A stretch of 64,000 nucleotides of DNA from Phoronis australis (Eukaryota > Animalia > Phoronida). The stretch spans positions 1,336,838-1,400,837 of the forward strand of contig NMRA01000014.1 of assembly GCA_002633005.1 (NCBI GenBank). Direction: 5' to 3'. Each line of letters opens with the position of its first letter. The stretch's first letter is position 1. A program made the translations under genes and the position numbers. A model generated the notes under the pieces. It was not told where the DNA came from and made no database searches. It saw nothing but the letters and a program-made list of their open reading frames with translations. Positions 1 through 11,800 of this stretch are shown piece by piece.

Positions 1-376
1 TTTTAAAGGTGAGATACCAACGCTTTTTTGTCTGTTCTGAGTAAGCTCCTGTGGTCATATATTGTTTGCAGTCCACTCTGGGTGTAACCTGTTGCTGTTC
101 TTGGCATTATCAAGTACATATATAGTCCTGCCAGTTTCTTGCTTTCATGACAATTTCAGTTGTTTGACTACTCGAAGTTTCACCTGCAATAACTTTGGTT
201 TTCACCCAAAGAGCCGCTACCAGGTAATCTGGGCTGTACTCCACATGGCTAGTTTCTTGCAAGATCAGACAAGTCTGCCAGATATCTTGCATTAAAAATG
301 GAGCGTGTGATCTCTCAAGCTGTCACTCACAAGTATCCAGCAATATGGCACAGCCCTGAACTTTGTTGTTTTGCAG

Positions 377-478
377 GAACCAAAGTTGCAAATTCCATCA
401 GCTCAAGGATTGTCTAGCTCTGTTCCTATCAACATACCTCATAGTCAACGATCTTGGCAACTACCACAACGCTCATCG
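377..478 (+). CDS. Internal exon of c-clamp zinc-finger gene (EPKLQIPSAQGLSSSVPINIPHSQRSWQLPQRSS)
   Basis: ttttgcag acceptor and TCG|gtaaga donor; 102 nt open, phase 0-0, joins in frame to the exon at 1313. Confidence 0.7.
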
Positions 479-1312
479 GTAAGATGGCTAAATCAATTTT
501 AAGAGTAAACTCTGTGTTCTGAGACAATAAGAATATACATGTATGTATCTGTCTTGCAAAAAAGAAGTTACGAGAGGCTAAAATGTTTTTCATGCAACGC
601 AATATTGTAGTTGGTATAAAATGTCATATTTTATAGGAGGACTTCCTTTTTGCTATATAATTAACTTTTGCAAACTTGAAATTTGGAAATGTGTTTAACT
701 AATCTTGTCAAACAAGATTTTAAAATTTTGTGGCTATGATAACATTGGTTTCAAAATTAGGTAATTTAATGAGACACAGTCGAGTACTAAGCGAACGTTT
801 TCATTGCTGCATGCATGTGGTCATCCTCCGAGTGATGGTTAGGTGGACTTGCGGTCACGTGATGCTACCACGGTTCATGGCCCTTGCTTTCCTAATAAGT
901 AGGTCTTCTTGTATCCAATTCAATTCCGTCAATAAATCAGATGTCACTTACCATTGCGCTATCCGCAACATATAAATTGAGGTAATGTCAAAATTCTTGC
1001 CCATGATACTGGAAAGAAAACACACTGGATAATGCCTTCCCATTTGTCTTAACCACCAAGTAATTTTTCAGCACTATTTGCAGAACATTTAAATTTAACT
1101 AGATGTTTGAGCTCATTTTGCACGTCACCAGATATCAAATCTCAAAACTCGTTATTTGAGTTGAGTTGCCTTAAATAACACCTCTCCTTGACTTACGTGT
1201 TGAAAAAATGTTATGCTTTTGTACTTCTGAAGTGCACCCTCAGGCCAGTTGAGATCTGGTATGTACAATCATTATTTTGCTTTCATTTCGCATTTCTTTT
1301 TTCAAAATTTAG

Positions 1313-1537
1313 GTGTCCCCACCTTCCCGTGTTATTCGCCACAGTTCTCAAGATCGCATACATCAGTATCAAGGACAGTCTCCAAAGACTTACATGTTCA
1401 CGTCTCCGAAATCTCCAACACACAAGAAAACCCGCAGTGAAGTGAAGAAATGTCGAAAAATTTATGGCATGGAAAACAGAGAGATGTGGTGCACTCAATG
1501 CAAGTGGAAAAAAGCATGTACACGTTTTATGGAATAG
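1313..1537 (+). CDS. ZNF704: Last coding exon of a ZNF704/ZNF395/SLC2A4RG (Glut4EF)-family transcription factor with C-terminal c-clamp domain
   Basis: tttag acceptor; [30 protein letters not shown]-stop matches the c-clamp terminus of this family; paralog assignment is not resolvable. Confidence 0.85.
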   Translation: MSPPSRVIRHSSQDRIHQYQGQSPKTYMFTSPKSPTHKKTRSEVKKCRKIYGMENREMWCTQCKWKKACTRFME

Positions 1538-1879
1538 AAGTTGTATGTGATGGATATTGTGGTGACCTGCTTGACACATGTACACCTGTCATGTAGTAGA
1601 GGCTGTTGTGATGAATATTGTGGGTGTAGTGGACTTGACCAGCCATTTGTATTCATTTGTCTAGCAGTTGAAACAAAGGTATATTTTAAAAGTGGAGGTT
1701 TTTGTCTTCCAAAATTGTAGTTTTTAAACTCAAGGACTTTTCAACTGCTGCTTTTGTGTTAAAAAGTTTTCTGGAACTGATAAAATTTGATAACAGTAAC
1801 ATGCCAATACCAAGACAATCACTTGGCTGCAACAACTGAACCTGATTACTTGGCATTACATGTTATCGTATATATGTGG

Positions 1880-2150
1880 TTGTTGGTTGATCCACTTCAG
1901 GGAGGTGGAAGGTTGATCTACTCTAGGGGGCCCTGGTTGATCTACTGTAGGGGGCCCTGGTTGATCCACATAGGGGTGGTGGTTGATCTACTGCAGCGGG
2001 TCCTGGTTGATGCACATTGGGGGGATGGGGTGGGGGGGTTGATCTACTGCACCAGGCTCTGGTTGAGGAGTGGTTGATTGATTCACTAGAAAGGGTTCGG
2101 GTTGATCCACTTTAGGGGTGTGGGTGGTTGATCAACTGTGGTGTTGACGC
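1880..2150 (+). repeat. Degenerate ~24-bp G-rich minisatellite (ggttgatctactgtagggggccct) in the putative 3' UTR
   Basis: About 10 recurrences of ggttgatc(t/c)ac. Confidence 0.7.
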
Positions 2151-4109
2151 ACAATATAATGGATGTTGATGGTACTGATGTTATTCAGATTGCACCCAGA
2201 ATATTCTGTGCATCAGTTTACAGTGCCTCATCGAGATCTTGTGCTATGGCAGTCTCATGCTGCTGGTGACAATACACCCATTTGTGCCAGTCGTTTTTTA
2301 CAGAACTTTCTTGCTAAAATTTTGCACTCAAGTGAACATTTTTAATAATTCTGCAGTTTTCATTCAATAAATTGTAATAATCCCGAAAAAATGCGCAAAA
2401 AGGTTGACAGAAACAGTTGGTATTTTAGTTTTACCATTGCCTTATTTTAGTGGCACGATTTTAATTACAATACAGTATAGTGTAGATATTTTGTTGTGAA
2501 ATATTTTGGTGGGGGCCTTTGTTTGCTTTGCCTCGGTGTTAATTCTTAATATATTTGATATATTAACTATTAGAAATCGTCTTTGTAATTGTCCCTATTA
2601 GGAAGGCCCATGTCATGTTGCGATTTTTACCCTTGGAAACATTCAAATGTTTGTGGGTTTATTTTAAGAGTCTGTGCGAAAACATTAAAAATTTGAAGAA
2701 AATTGAATAAAGTTTCTTAAGGTCCCACTGTGACATAAGTGTAGCAAGTAATAAATATTACTCTTTGTGGTTATCTGTTTGGAGCATGGCATGAGTCTCG
2801 TCAACTGGTCGTTAACATTAGACCTTTTTGTTAAAGTTGCAACCAGAAGAGATTTGTGTATTTCTATCAACTTCTGCAATTTCATAATGAAGTCATTTAT
2901 CTGTGTTGGCGATTTTGTTTATGCACCATTGAAATTCAAAAATCAAAGTTAAAAATTCCGATGACAAATTATATATATATATTTTTTTTTTGAAGAAAAG
3001 ATGGTTTCTTGTTGCAATCATCATGTAGGAATCTTACTTGAAATGAAACAAAACGGTGTTTTAATTGTGTAGTTGGTGACATGTCATTCTGCAAATCCTT
3101 CAGACTCTTACCAAAACATTTATTGAGCAATCAAGTTGTCTGTGTGAAAATGACATGCCAAAATGTTATTATATTAATATTTGGTGCTACATAGAAGCCG
3201 CCCTAAATTAGTTTTCCTTAAAAATTAAAGTTTTATGTATTTTCCTGATACTATCTGTGTATTTAGTTGAGGCGTGTTATAAGTTTGAATGATGAAAGAT
3301 ATCTTGTAACCTTATGGAACTATTTTGTGCATCGTATGTATATAGTTGACAGTGTGGTTGAATCTGAATGTGATGTATAGCCTTTCTGCAGCTGTGTATA
3401 ACTTGAATAGAATCCCATGGAAACGTCCCATGAGAATATGGTGGACTGGCTTTGTTTAACATTGTCTTGTTAACAAATGTTCAGGGATATTGTTATGTAA
3501 AATATTTGGGAAAAGTGAAAAATATATCTATTAGCCAAATAATTACTGTGTTTACCTAAATTTGCTGTGCTAAGTTAGTAAACTTTGTTAAAGTTTGTGA
3601 GACACTAGAGCTGCCTGTTACTAGGTGAGTCGCTCTCATCACCGTAATACTATGGACATGCATTTCTACCAGTTTCAAAATTCTTTTTAATTCATCCACT
3701 TAAGAAGTAAACATTTGGATCACTGGCGTATCCAGGATGTGTCAAGCAGCGCCCCGACCACAGATAAAATTTTCGAGCATTGAAGGGAAGAGGATCTGTT
3801 AAAAGTCTTGGTGTATCGGCGGGGCATTGCTCGACAATGTGAATGTCCAGTGTGGAAGACCAGCGTTAGTTGGTCAGGACAAGGCATTTTATTTATTTTA
3901 TTACTGCAGTAAGCGGTTCATAATTGCACTCATAATTTTCTCCCACCAGTGAAAATGTCTTAAATATCTCTTGGCCAACTCTGAGACTGGCTTTCGGACT
4001 CGCATCACGTGACGTACGGATTACTACAACGAATTTTGCGAAAATAAGTAGCGTAAATGACGGACGTAATAAAAACCGTTACCGGCGTAATGTCAACGCG
4101 TAGAAACTT

Positions 4110-4310
4110 TAGGGCTTGGAATTTTCCTCTTTTAAGAGAATTTTCTCTTTTTGGTTTCGATTATTTAATTTCCAGTTTACTTTTTTGTCTTTTTATCATT
4201 ATTTTGTCTATTCATGGAAAAACGTTTATTTCATTTAAATTTTACCAACACAAAAATCTGACGCATAAGCCCATTTATGTGGAACGACACATCACCTAAA
4301 AAATTTTCCC
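4110..4310 (+). mobile_element. MITE fragment of the (C)AGGGCTTGGAAT...ATTCCAAGCCCTG family
   Basis: Homologous to 4507-5721 and 60587-60824; right terminal repeat not seen. Confidence 0.6.
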
Positions 4311-4506
4311 GAGTCTTTTTTTGTCGTTAGTCTTACCAAATCCTGAAACTTCTAATTCACGTTCGCCTACGGCAGAAGCCAATTGCTACCACGGCAGTTA
4401 GAGAGATTTGGATGTGGTTAAGTACTGTTTGGTCGAACTTGATCTACACAAAGATTCTGTTGTAAATTTTTGGCCAGTGGCCGTTAAGTCAACCAAAATG
4501 GTCTGA

Positions 4507-5721
4507 AAGGCTTGGAATTTTCCTCTTTGGTTTGATTTCCTCTTATTTGACTTCCAGTTTCCCTTTTTGTCTGTTTTTTATGCGCCCACATATTTATATG
4601 TGGTCGCATATTGCCGTCATCTCTGTTTGGTCGTCCGGCATCCGTCGTCCGCAGGCTGTATCTCCCAAACCCAGTGGGTCACAGGATCTTGATGAGATTT
4701 GGCATGCCTGTGAAGCTGGCGATCGACGGACGATGTCGCCGGATTTGGACCTCTCTGATTACCGGTGTGCTACCTAGTGGCAATTTTTACTGTTTTTTTG
4801 AGTCTGTTTTTTGGCGTCCACCGTTCTATCAACCAAACTGCTCTAGGGATGATTTTGAAAATTGGCATATATGTTCTTTCTGTGAAGAGGGCGGCTGACG
4901 ATGATTTTCCAATGACTTGGAATACTATGGCTCCTCCTAGTGACAGTTTTTGTTTTTGCGCCGATCTTGGCTGTCCTAAATGCTCTGTGCTGGTTCTTTA
5001 TAGAAGTTGACAACAGAGCATGACGACTTTCGAACGGATCGGGCTACCGGTGTGCCCCCTAGTGGCAATTTTAGTTTTTTACGTTTATCTCTGTATCTTA
5101 AAGGGTCGTCAATGGATTTTCATAAAATTTGGCAGTTAGGCATCTATTAGTGAGGTGACGCTATCATCCGGTTTTTGGTAAAATTCGAGGTATTTTGCGC
5201 CACCCAGTGGCCATTTTTACTGTTTTCGAGTCTTGTTATTTGGCGTCTGCCCCTGGTTGTGGGAATTGGCATTTATGCTCCTAATGGGAAGAGGAAGTCT
5301 GATGATGATTTTCCCACGACTTTATCTACTTTTGCGCCTCTTAGTGGTCGTTATGTTTGGCAATTTCATTCTTTCATTTCCCTCTGTTTTCTCAGAAGTT
5401 CCTTGACGGATTTTTATGAATTTTGGTTAATAGCTTCGATGACGCATACAAGTTCTCGGATGGATTCGACATATTTTGCGCCATCTAGTTGCCATTTTTA
5501 TGTTCCAAATAAACACCCCTAGAAGCACACCGTTAGCGGTGCATTCGTGGGCGCATTTCAACGCTTCACGTTGCTCTTGTTTATCATTATTTTGACTTTA
5601 TTGATGCAAAAACACTTATTTCAGTTAAATTTTACAACACAAAAAGTATTTCTGTCACACAAGCCTATTTATTTTCGGAACCATACATCACATCTTTTTG
5701 CCATTGGTCATTCCAAGCCCT
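4507..5721 (+). mobile_element. hAT-like MITE interrupted by a HINE element
   Basis: Termini agggcttggaat / attccaagccctg are inverted repeats; the two halves rejoin to match the uninterrupted copies. Confidence 0.7.
4576..5582 (+). mobile_element. Non-autonomous Helentron (HINE/DINE-1-like) element
   Basis: 5' TTTTATGCGCCCAC subterminal repeat, partial inverted copy, GTCC-rich tract, ~150-bp internal repeats, 3' GTGGGCGCA plus hairpin CAACGcttcaCGTTG, inserted in a T run. Confidence 0.8.
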
Positions 5722-6741
5722 GTTAATGGGATCTACGTCAGAATGTACCAGCTTGTTCCCGACAGGTTGTCCATCTCAACAGTGTTACCCGCCCCACAGG
5801 TACTAACGAACAATAACAAAAAAGGTTATTGTATGGAACAACTTGTTTATGAATAAACATTTCCGTTTCTTGGTAAAATCTAAATTCACCGTGACATGTC
5901 TTTATGTTATAAAGAAGTTAAACCAACACATAAACACGTGTAAGTGTTCAATAACTAGTCATTAATTACTCAATACAAACTGTGTACGTGTCACTTGTTT
6001 TTAAGAACAGAATGGGGATTGGGGGCAATTAGTGTTCAGAATTTCGTTGTCCATATTATTGGATATAAAATTGATTATTCTGATCCTCGCTACAACAGCC
6101 AGTCTCGGTTGATCGGTGGTGGTTGGTGGCATGGAATGCACCCAGGGAAGTTAACGTCGAGTGAATGGCCAAGCTTTAAGCATGAAGACATTCTGTTGGC
6201 AACTTTTGTGTCTTTTAGCTCTTATTTGTTGTGAAGGTAAGAATAGTGGAAGTGTCAACTTATTAGTATGCGTGCTCTAAATGACGGTATAGACATTATG
6301 TTGGCATTAATAGGCAATATCATGTAGATCTCGGGCCCCGGCATTGCCGGTTCAAATGGTGGTTCATGAAACTTCGACAATTCGTCGCGTACAAGCCGCC
6401 GGCATGAGTTCTCGGTAAACGAGGGCCGCCGGGCGCTAAAAACTGCGTGCTCTATGATTTTCACGGTGTCATAAACGCCACTGAGAATCCGTGTGGACGA
6501 CAAAATATCCGTAAACACCGTTTTACATCGCCGTGGACGGGTAATGAAACTTGACAAGCGGCGTCCACTAGTATGCAAGGGTGAAAGCAGAATCAGTGTC
6601 GGATTTTTTGGGGCCGAGGGCCGGGGGGCAATTGCCTGGGGCTCCTCCCTTGAAAGCTCCCCTTCGAGATGATTCCTTATCATGAACGGATATATAACTA
6701 TATATAAAAAGAAGGAAACAGTATACTGATTCCGTCATCGA

Positions 6742-7039
6742 GGCTTCTCTTTCAAATAAGAAGTATTACAAAAATACCAAAGACCACATGGTCCCCTTTC
6801 GACAACGGATCCCTTCAGATGGAAGAATCGACAACTTAAAAATGCAATTGTTGCCCCCTTCGAAAGGGGGTGCAGCCTCATGGGAGGATCGGCTTCTCTT
6901 TCAAACAAGAAGTATTACAAAAATACCAAAGAACACATGGTTCCCTTTCGACAACGGATCCCTTCAGATGGAAGAATCGACAACTTAAAAATGCAGTTGT
7001 TGCCCCCTTCGAAAGGGGGTGTGGCCTCATGGGAGGATC
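6742..7039 (+). repeat. Two-copy tandem repeat of a 149-bp unit with a CCCCCTTCGAAAGGGGG-type hairpin
   Basis: 6742-6890 and 6891-7039 are near-identical. Confidence 0.85.
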
Positions 7040-7856
7040 AACTATGAGAAAAAGTCAAGAATAGAGTGACCACTGATTCAATTATCAGAACTTCCCTCCA
7101 AAAGAGTAAGATGTTTCATTTCAGAAAAAGAGGGAACTGTTCGCAGTTGATTGCATCATTAGGACCCCTTGCAGTTGATGTCATGATCGGAGACCCCTTA
7201 ATATGAAACTTTGTATTGTTTTAAAAATCAGAAACAAGGCATCGTAAATTGATGTTATCAGAGTCCCCTCCGAGATTGGGTCCGTCGGCACTTCAAATAT
7301 TTAACAAATTTATGAATGCAAAAATTCGACAAGAGCTTTGCGTTCTTCCCTAAAGTTATCCTTTTAAATTTGAAAGTTTGAACGAATTTTCGCTGGAAAC
7401 CTGTGCATGTAAAATTTCCCAATTTTTTAGAAATAAGGTTAAGTGCATGCAGACAATACATGCTGCAATCATTTAAGAACTGGGAACCCTAACAAAGGAG
7501 TTACCCCGTGCCTTTCCTTGAGGAGCCAACTCGGCAATGCAACAGAATGACTTTACATCCTTCACACGGGTCGGGAAGCTGCGGGCCTCTGCGCCGGAGT
7601 GCTTCATGTTACACCGTTACGAAACAATAAACATGTTAATCTTGTGTTGGATCCCGCTGTTACGTCATCCTGAACTATAGCGGAGGTGTAAGGAATTAAC
7701 AGGTTTCTTAGCCGAATACTACGGATTGCCAAGCAGCCGTGAACCGCTGCTAACACAGGCATTATGTGAAAGGGAACTTTTGAGATTTGTTGAATTTCCT
7801 CTTTTTCGTTGAGGCATTTTGTTACATGATGTGTTTACATCTGCCACAAAATGTTC

Positions 7857-8420
7857 CTAAGGTTATGTAGGACCTGGTCAACAAGTCTTTGTATTTAGCC
7901 AAACTTAATATTTCCAAATATAACGCATACTCTGAAAGCAGAAAGCCTGTAGAAATTCACTTTTGATGTGATATCAATGGGATATTAATTGGGTCGCCTG
8001 ACTCTGTGCTTTAGTGAAATTTTACGAAACAAAACGATACATTCATAGGAAAACAAAAGGTATCAAGACTTTTGGGTANCCTTAAATCCGCCATTGAATT
8101 TAGTTTTATATAAATAAGTCAAGATAATGCTGTTACAGTTTTCTAAATTAATATTTAGTTTTCGTTTTATGCACATTTTGAATTTTTATATACCGTAATT
8201 CATAAAAGTCCGGTAGTAGTCCTTCATGCTCAGTAAAGTGGAACATTTTAAAACAACTCCTAATATTTTTGTGGAATATTGCATAAACCATATGGTATCT
8301 GAAAGTTTTGCATGAATCGTATCAGTCGTATCTGTGATGAAGTTCGGAAGTTAGCCAAATTTTTATTTTTTCTATGGTCTTTCATAACTTTCAAAATACA
8401 ACATTGTGGTAACACAAGAT
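7857..8420. mobile_element. DNA transposon remnant (Kolobok-like), related to 20097-20870 and 52105-53110
   Basis: Shared blocks such as aag(g/t)ttatgt(a/g)ggacc, tctgaaag(c/t)agaaagc, aagtcctgtt and tatctgaaagttt; superfamily is a guess from TTAA-AG starts. Confidence 0.45.
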
Positions 8421-8462
8421 TTCATTAGCATAGGTTAATCGGTCATTTAATTTCCACCGCAG

Positions 8463-8876
8463 TTCGGTATTGCTCCAGTGCCGGAAGTTGTGGGGAACCG
8501 CCATACGATGTCAATAAAGTTACAAAAACGGGAGACAGTTACCTTGAAGGTGATATCGTGACATTTGTGTGTAAAGACGGATACACACACGCCGGTGGCC
8601 CAGAGAGTCGTGAATGTAAGAAAAATGGCCAGGCCTATAAATGGACAGGGAGCGAATTTACATGCAAATCCGACGGCTCAGTCGTGATCAGTGATACAGC
8701 TGCATCAACAGATAGTCCAGCACCTACTACTGCTACTACTACTACTGCTACTACTACTACTACCACCTCTGATGCTACTACTACTGCTACTGCTACTACC
8801 ACTACTACAGCTGATACTACTACTACTACGGCTAACACTGCTACTACTACTACTACGGCTGCTGCTGTTACAACAG
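8463..8876 (+). CDS. Exon 1: Sushi/CCP domain plus Thr-rich mucin-like stalk
   Basis: ccgcag acceptor; SCGEPP...VTFVCKDGY...C...W...C; (ACT)n tract; G|gtggat donor; phase 1-1. Confidence 0.8.
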
Positions 8877-11800
8877 GTGGATTTGAATACTTTTAGAAAT
8901 TTTAACATGATTAACATACAGGTTATAAATGTATATATGAAATTGTTGTATGCCATTTGTTTTCAATTTAAAAAAATTCACGTTGTCTGTAACCATGTTC
9001 CGATGCACAGCGGCAATTTTCTCAACAGTTATGAAAATGTAAGAGTAATTGTATTTTGTACAGCTAACAGTAGAGATTTATTTACACTTTCGTTGTTACA
9101 ATAAAGATATTCAAAAATTTGAAAAAGTCACAATACTAATGGTGGATTTAAAATGTTAATTGCTAAACGCAACGAGTGACTATATTTTGTAGGTCTAATG
9201 TTCACTTTGTACAAGGAATCGTATCACGCACGTTTTTAGTTGTTTCTGTTCGCAGGTCCTCCTACGTTATGTGATGATAGCTGGGTGGAATACAAAAACA
9301 ATTGCTACAAATTCATACCTACCAACTCGACTTTTGTTGAGGCAATCGACTATTGTGTGGCCAGACAGGCACGGTTGATTTCTGTAACAAATGAGGACGA
9401 ACAGAAGTTCCTTCAAAATACCATCAACGGTAAGCGCATTGTGACTGAGTGGTCATGAGCTCATTTCGTTCATAATATGACCTGACTCGAGATTACATGG
9501 GCGGATACAGAATTCTTAAAAGGTGCGATCGGATTAAGGATTTTTAAACAGTGTGATCCAAGTCAACAGTTTGAAAATTCTAGTTTGTTATCCCTAAAAT
9601 CAAGGAAAAAGGGGTGGGGCTGGAGCCTCTTGACCCTCTCCGGATCCGCCTACGGGTTACACAAAGCTAAACTAAGTTTCGAATATTTGTTCAATACATT
9701 ACAATTATCGATTGAACGGTTACTGCATGGAAATAAAATACAGGGAAATAAATTCGAATATCAACGATTGGTTGAAACGTATGCTTGAGTAGTAGGAGAA
9801 ACGCACAACAGAAAAATCGATGGTTATTGACATTCAAACCAGCATGATCTGTGTTACTAAAACACTACTTCTTCAGATAACTGTGACTACCCCCAGCCGT
9901 TTTCAGGAAATGCAAACGTATTTTAATCGCGACTACAAAATACATAAAACAATCGCGTACATGAATTCAACAAATATGATCTATTCGCTTAAAAGTTATT
10001 GTACATAAGGAAATGTTGAATAAAAAAGCAATCTTCCGTGATGTTACCTAGCATTACGAAACCAGACCGTTTAGTGGTATCTTGTAGTTTGCCAATGCTT
10101 CTCCTCATCAATCGAAAAAAACGGTGTCGTGGCATCCGCCCTTGATATCGCGAAAGTTGATCTTAGCTCCTGTTGTGTTGTTCAGGTTAATTATTTCATT
10201 AGGGATGTCTTCACGACAATAAAATGCTGGATGAAATAAATTGGAATATCAAGAAGAGAAACAGGTATTTTTTTAACGTTTTTGGTTTCTGAAATTGAAT
10301 TCCTCGTGAAAAGTAAGTGTAGATTCCTTCTTTTGTGGAAGAAATGCTATAAAAATTGACAGTGACAGGTTCTATTTGTTGACAACCTGGCGATTAATAA
10401 GAATAAAAATTGGTATCAGGCCTCTGAAATCCAGTATCGTTTGGAATACGGACTAAAAGGGAGTTAGTTTAATGTTGGAACAAATGAGCTCATTTTCGTC
10501 CGATGACATAAAAGCCAGTCTCTATCAACTAGTCCAATCGGGTGACCATTTTCGCCGAAACCAAGAAAATTCACTTTTATCTCTGGATTATACGGAGTTT
10601 CGCTCAGCTGGTGCACGGTCTACATTCATCACTGGGAATAAAATTGAACAAAAATTAGACTTCACTAGTTAATTGCGCACACGAACTCGTCCTTCTCATC
10701 TACCACATTTTGAACCATTTGCACTGTTCCTCAGTTCTCGTTGTCTTGCGTCATTTCGTCATATTCCATGACGCCACTTGCTGGTCCTCCACCATGTCTT
10801 CGTATTCTTTTGTCCTGAACAGCGTTGTTTTTTAGCGACACATTATACCAATTTCATTCATTGCTAACAACTGTACATATTTATTTTCTATTCACACATT
10901 TCTTGTATTTGTATAATAAGTATCTTTCATATTCCGTTGGTTTTAACTTCTTGTATGCCTTTTCAAAAGGATTTAATTTAGTGTTCATTAGATGGTGGTT
11001 CTTCTATGTCCATGTTTCCAAAGATTGTATTTTTGTGTTAGCTCCATTGTTAGATCATAATAAATGACAAGTTTTTTTATACTCGTCTTTCCAGACACTT
11101 TCCATAATACATAACCATTTTCGCTAACCCAATTCACCTTTTGATCTCTGGAAACGGAGCTTCGATGACGCTCCGTCTATGCTCATCACGTGACATAATT
11201 ATACCGAACATGGTAATATTTGTGATGACACAAATCTTGATCCTGGATTAGAAAGGCTTTGGAAACAAAAAACAAACCCGCTAAAAAAAAGAAAATGCAT
11301 TTGATAACAGCCCCTAAGGTGGACTATAATTTCTTACTAATAAATAACAAACATCCGTGTCAGAAGCGGCCTTTTGTTTCGAATCTTCACACGTTGTGAT
11401 GGATTGCACGTGACATGTTGTAGGTTCAGCCCACCTGCTGGAACCATCAACCTACTATGTCGGTCTCTATGATCACCATCAAATGGCGCAATTCACTTGG
11501 ACTGATGGCCATCTCGTCACGTTTACAAATTTTGGTCCGAACCATGACCACGAAAATAAGAAATGTGTTGTCATGACAAAGAACGACACCGGCTCGTCGA
11601 CGTTGTATCCGTGGTCGAGTGTGAATTGTGATGAAGCCAACGCTGGAACTATCTGCAAGAAGAATAACCTAGGTAACATGACTTGATATTTTCCTGTTGA
11701 CAATTTCTTGCAATTTTACAAATGACATTCACCATTTGGCCGCTACTTATTCCAGAGGTTTAAAGACATTTCATTACCCCAAATATACAAACTGTGGTCA

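Noticed and set aside
160-223. Possible extra exon of the c-clamp gene (ttcag...CAG|gtaatc)
   Set aside because: The splice signals are plausible but the peptide is uninformative and the upstream phase cannot be checked
3960-4420. CpG-rich patch with CACGTGAC and TGACG motifs as the lectin gene promoter
   Set aside because: It is interleaved with MITE sequence and cannot be linked to exon 1 from sequence alone
6255-6683. 142-aa minus-strand ORF, and an SDTDS polymerase-like motif in another frame
   Set aside because: No domain is recognisable, and the DTDS frame stops a few codons later with no other polymerase B motifs
7606-7690. Possible signal-peptide first exon (MLILCWIPLL...)
   Set aside because: The frame reaches TAG before the nearby donor-like site, so no phase-compatible join to 8463 could be established; the true start exon is unidentified
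8635-9104. Poly-Leu, poly-Val and poly-Ser ORFs
   Set aside because: Alternative frames and the antisense strand of the (ACT)n tract
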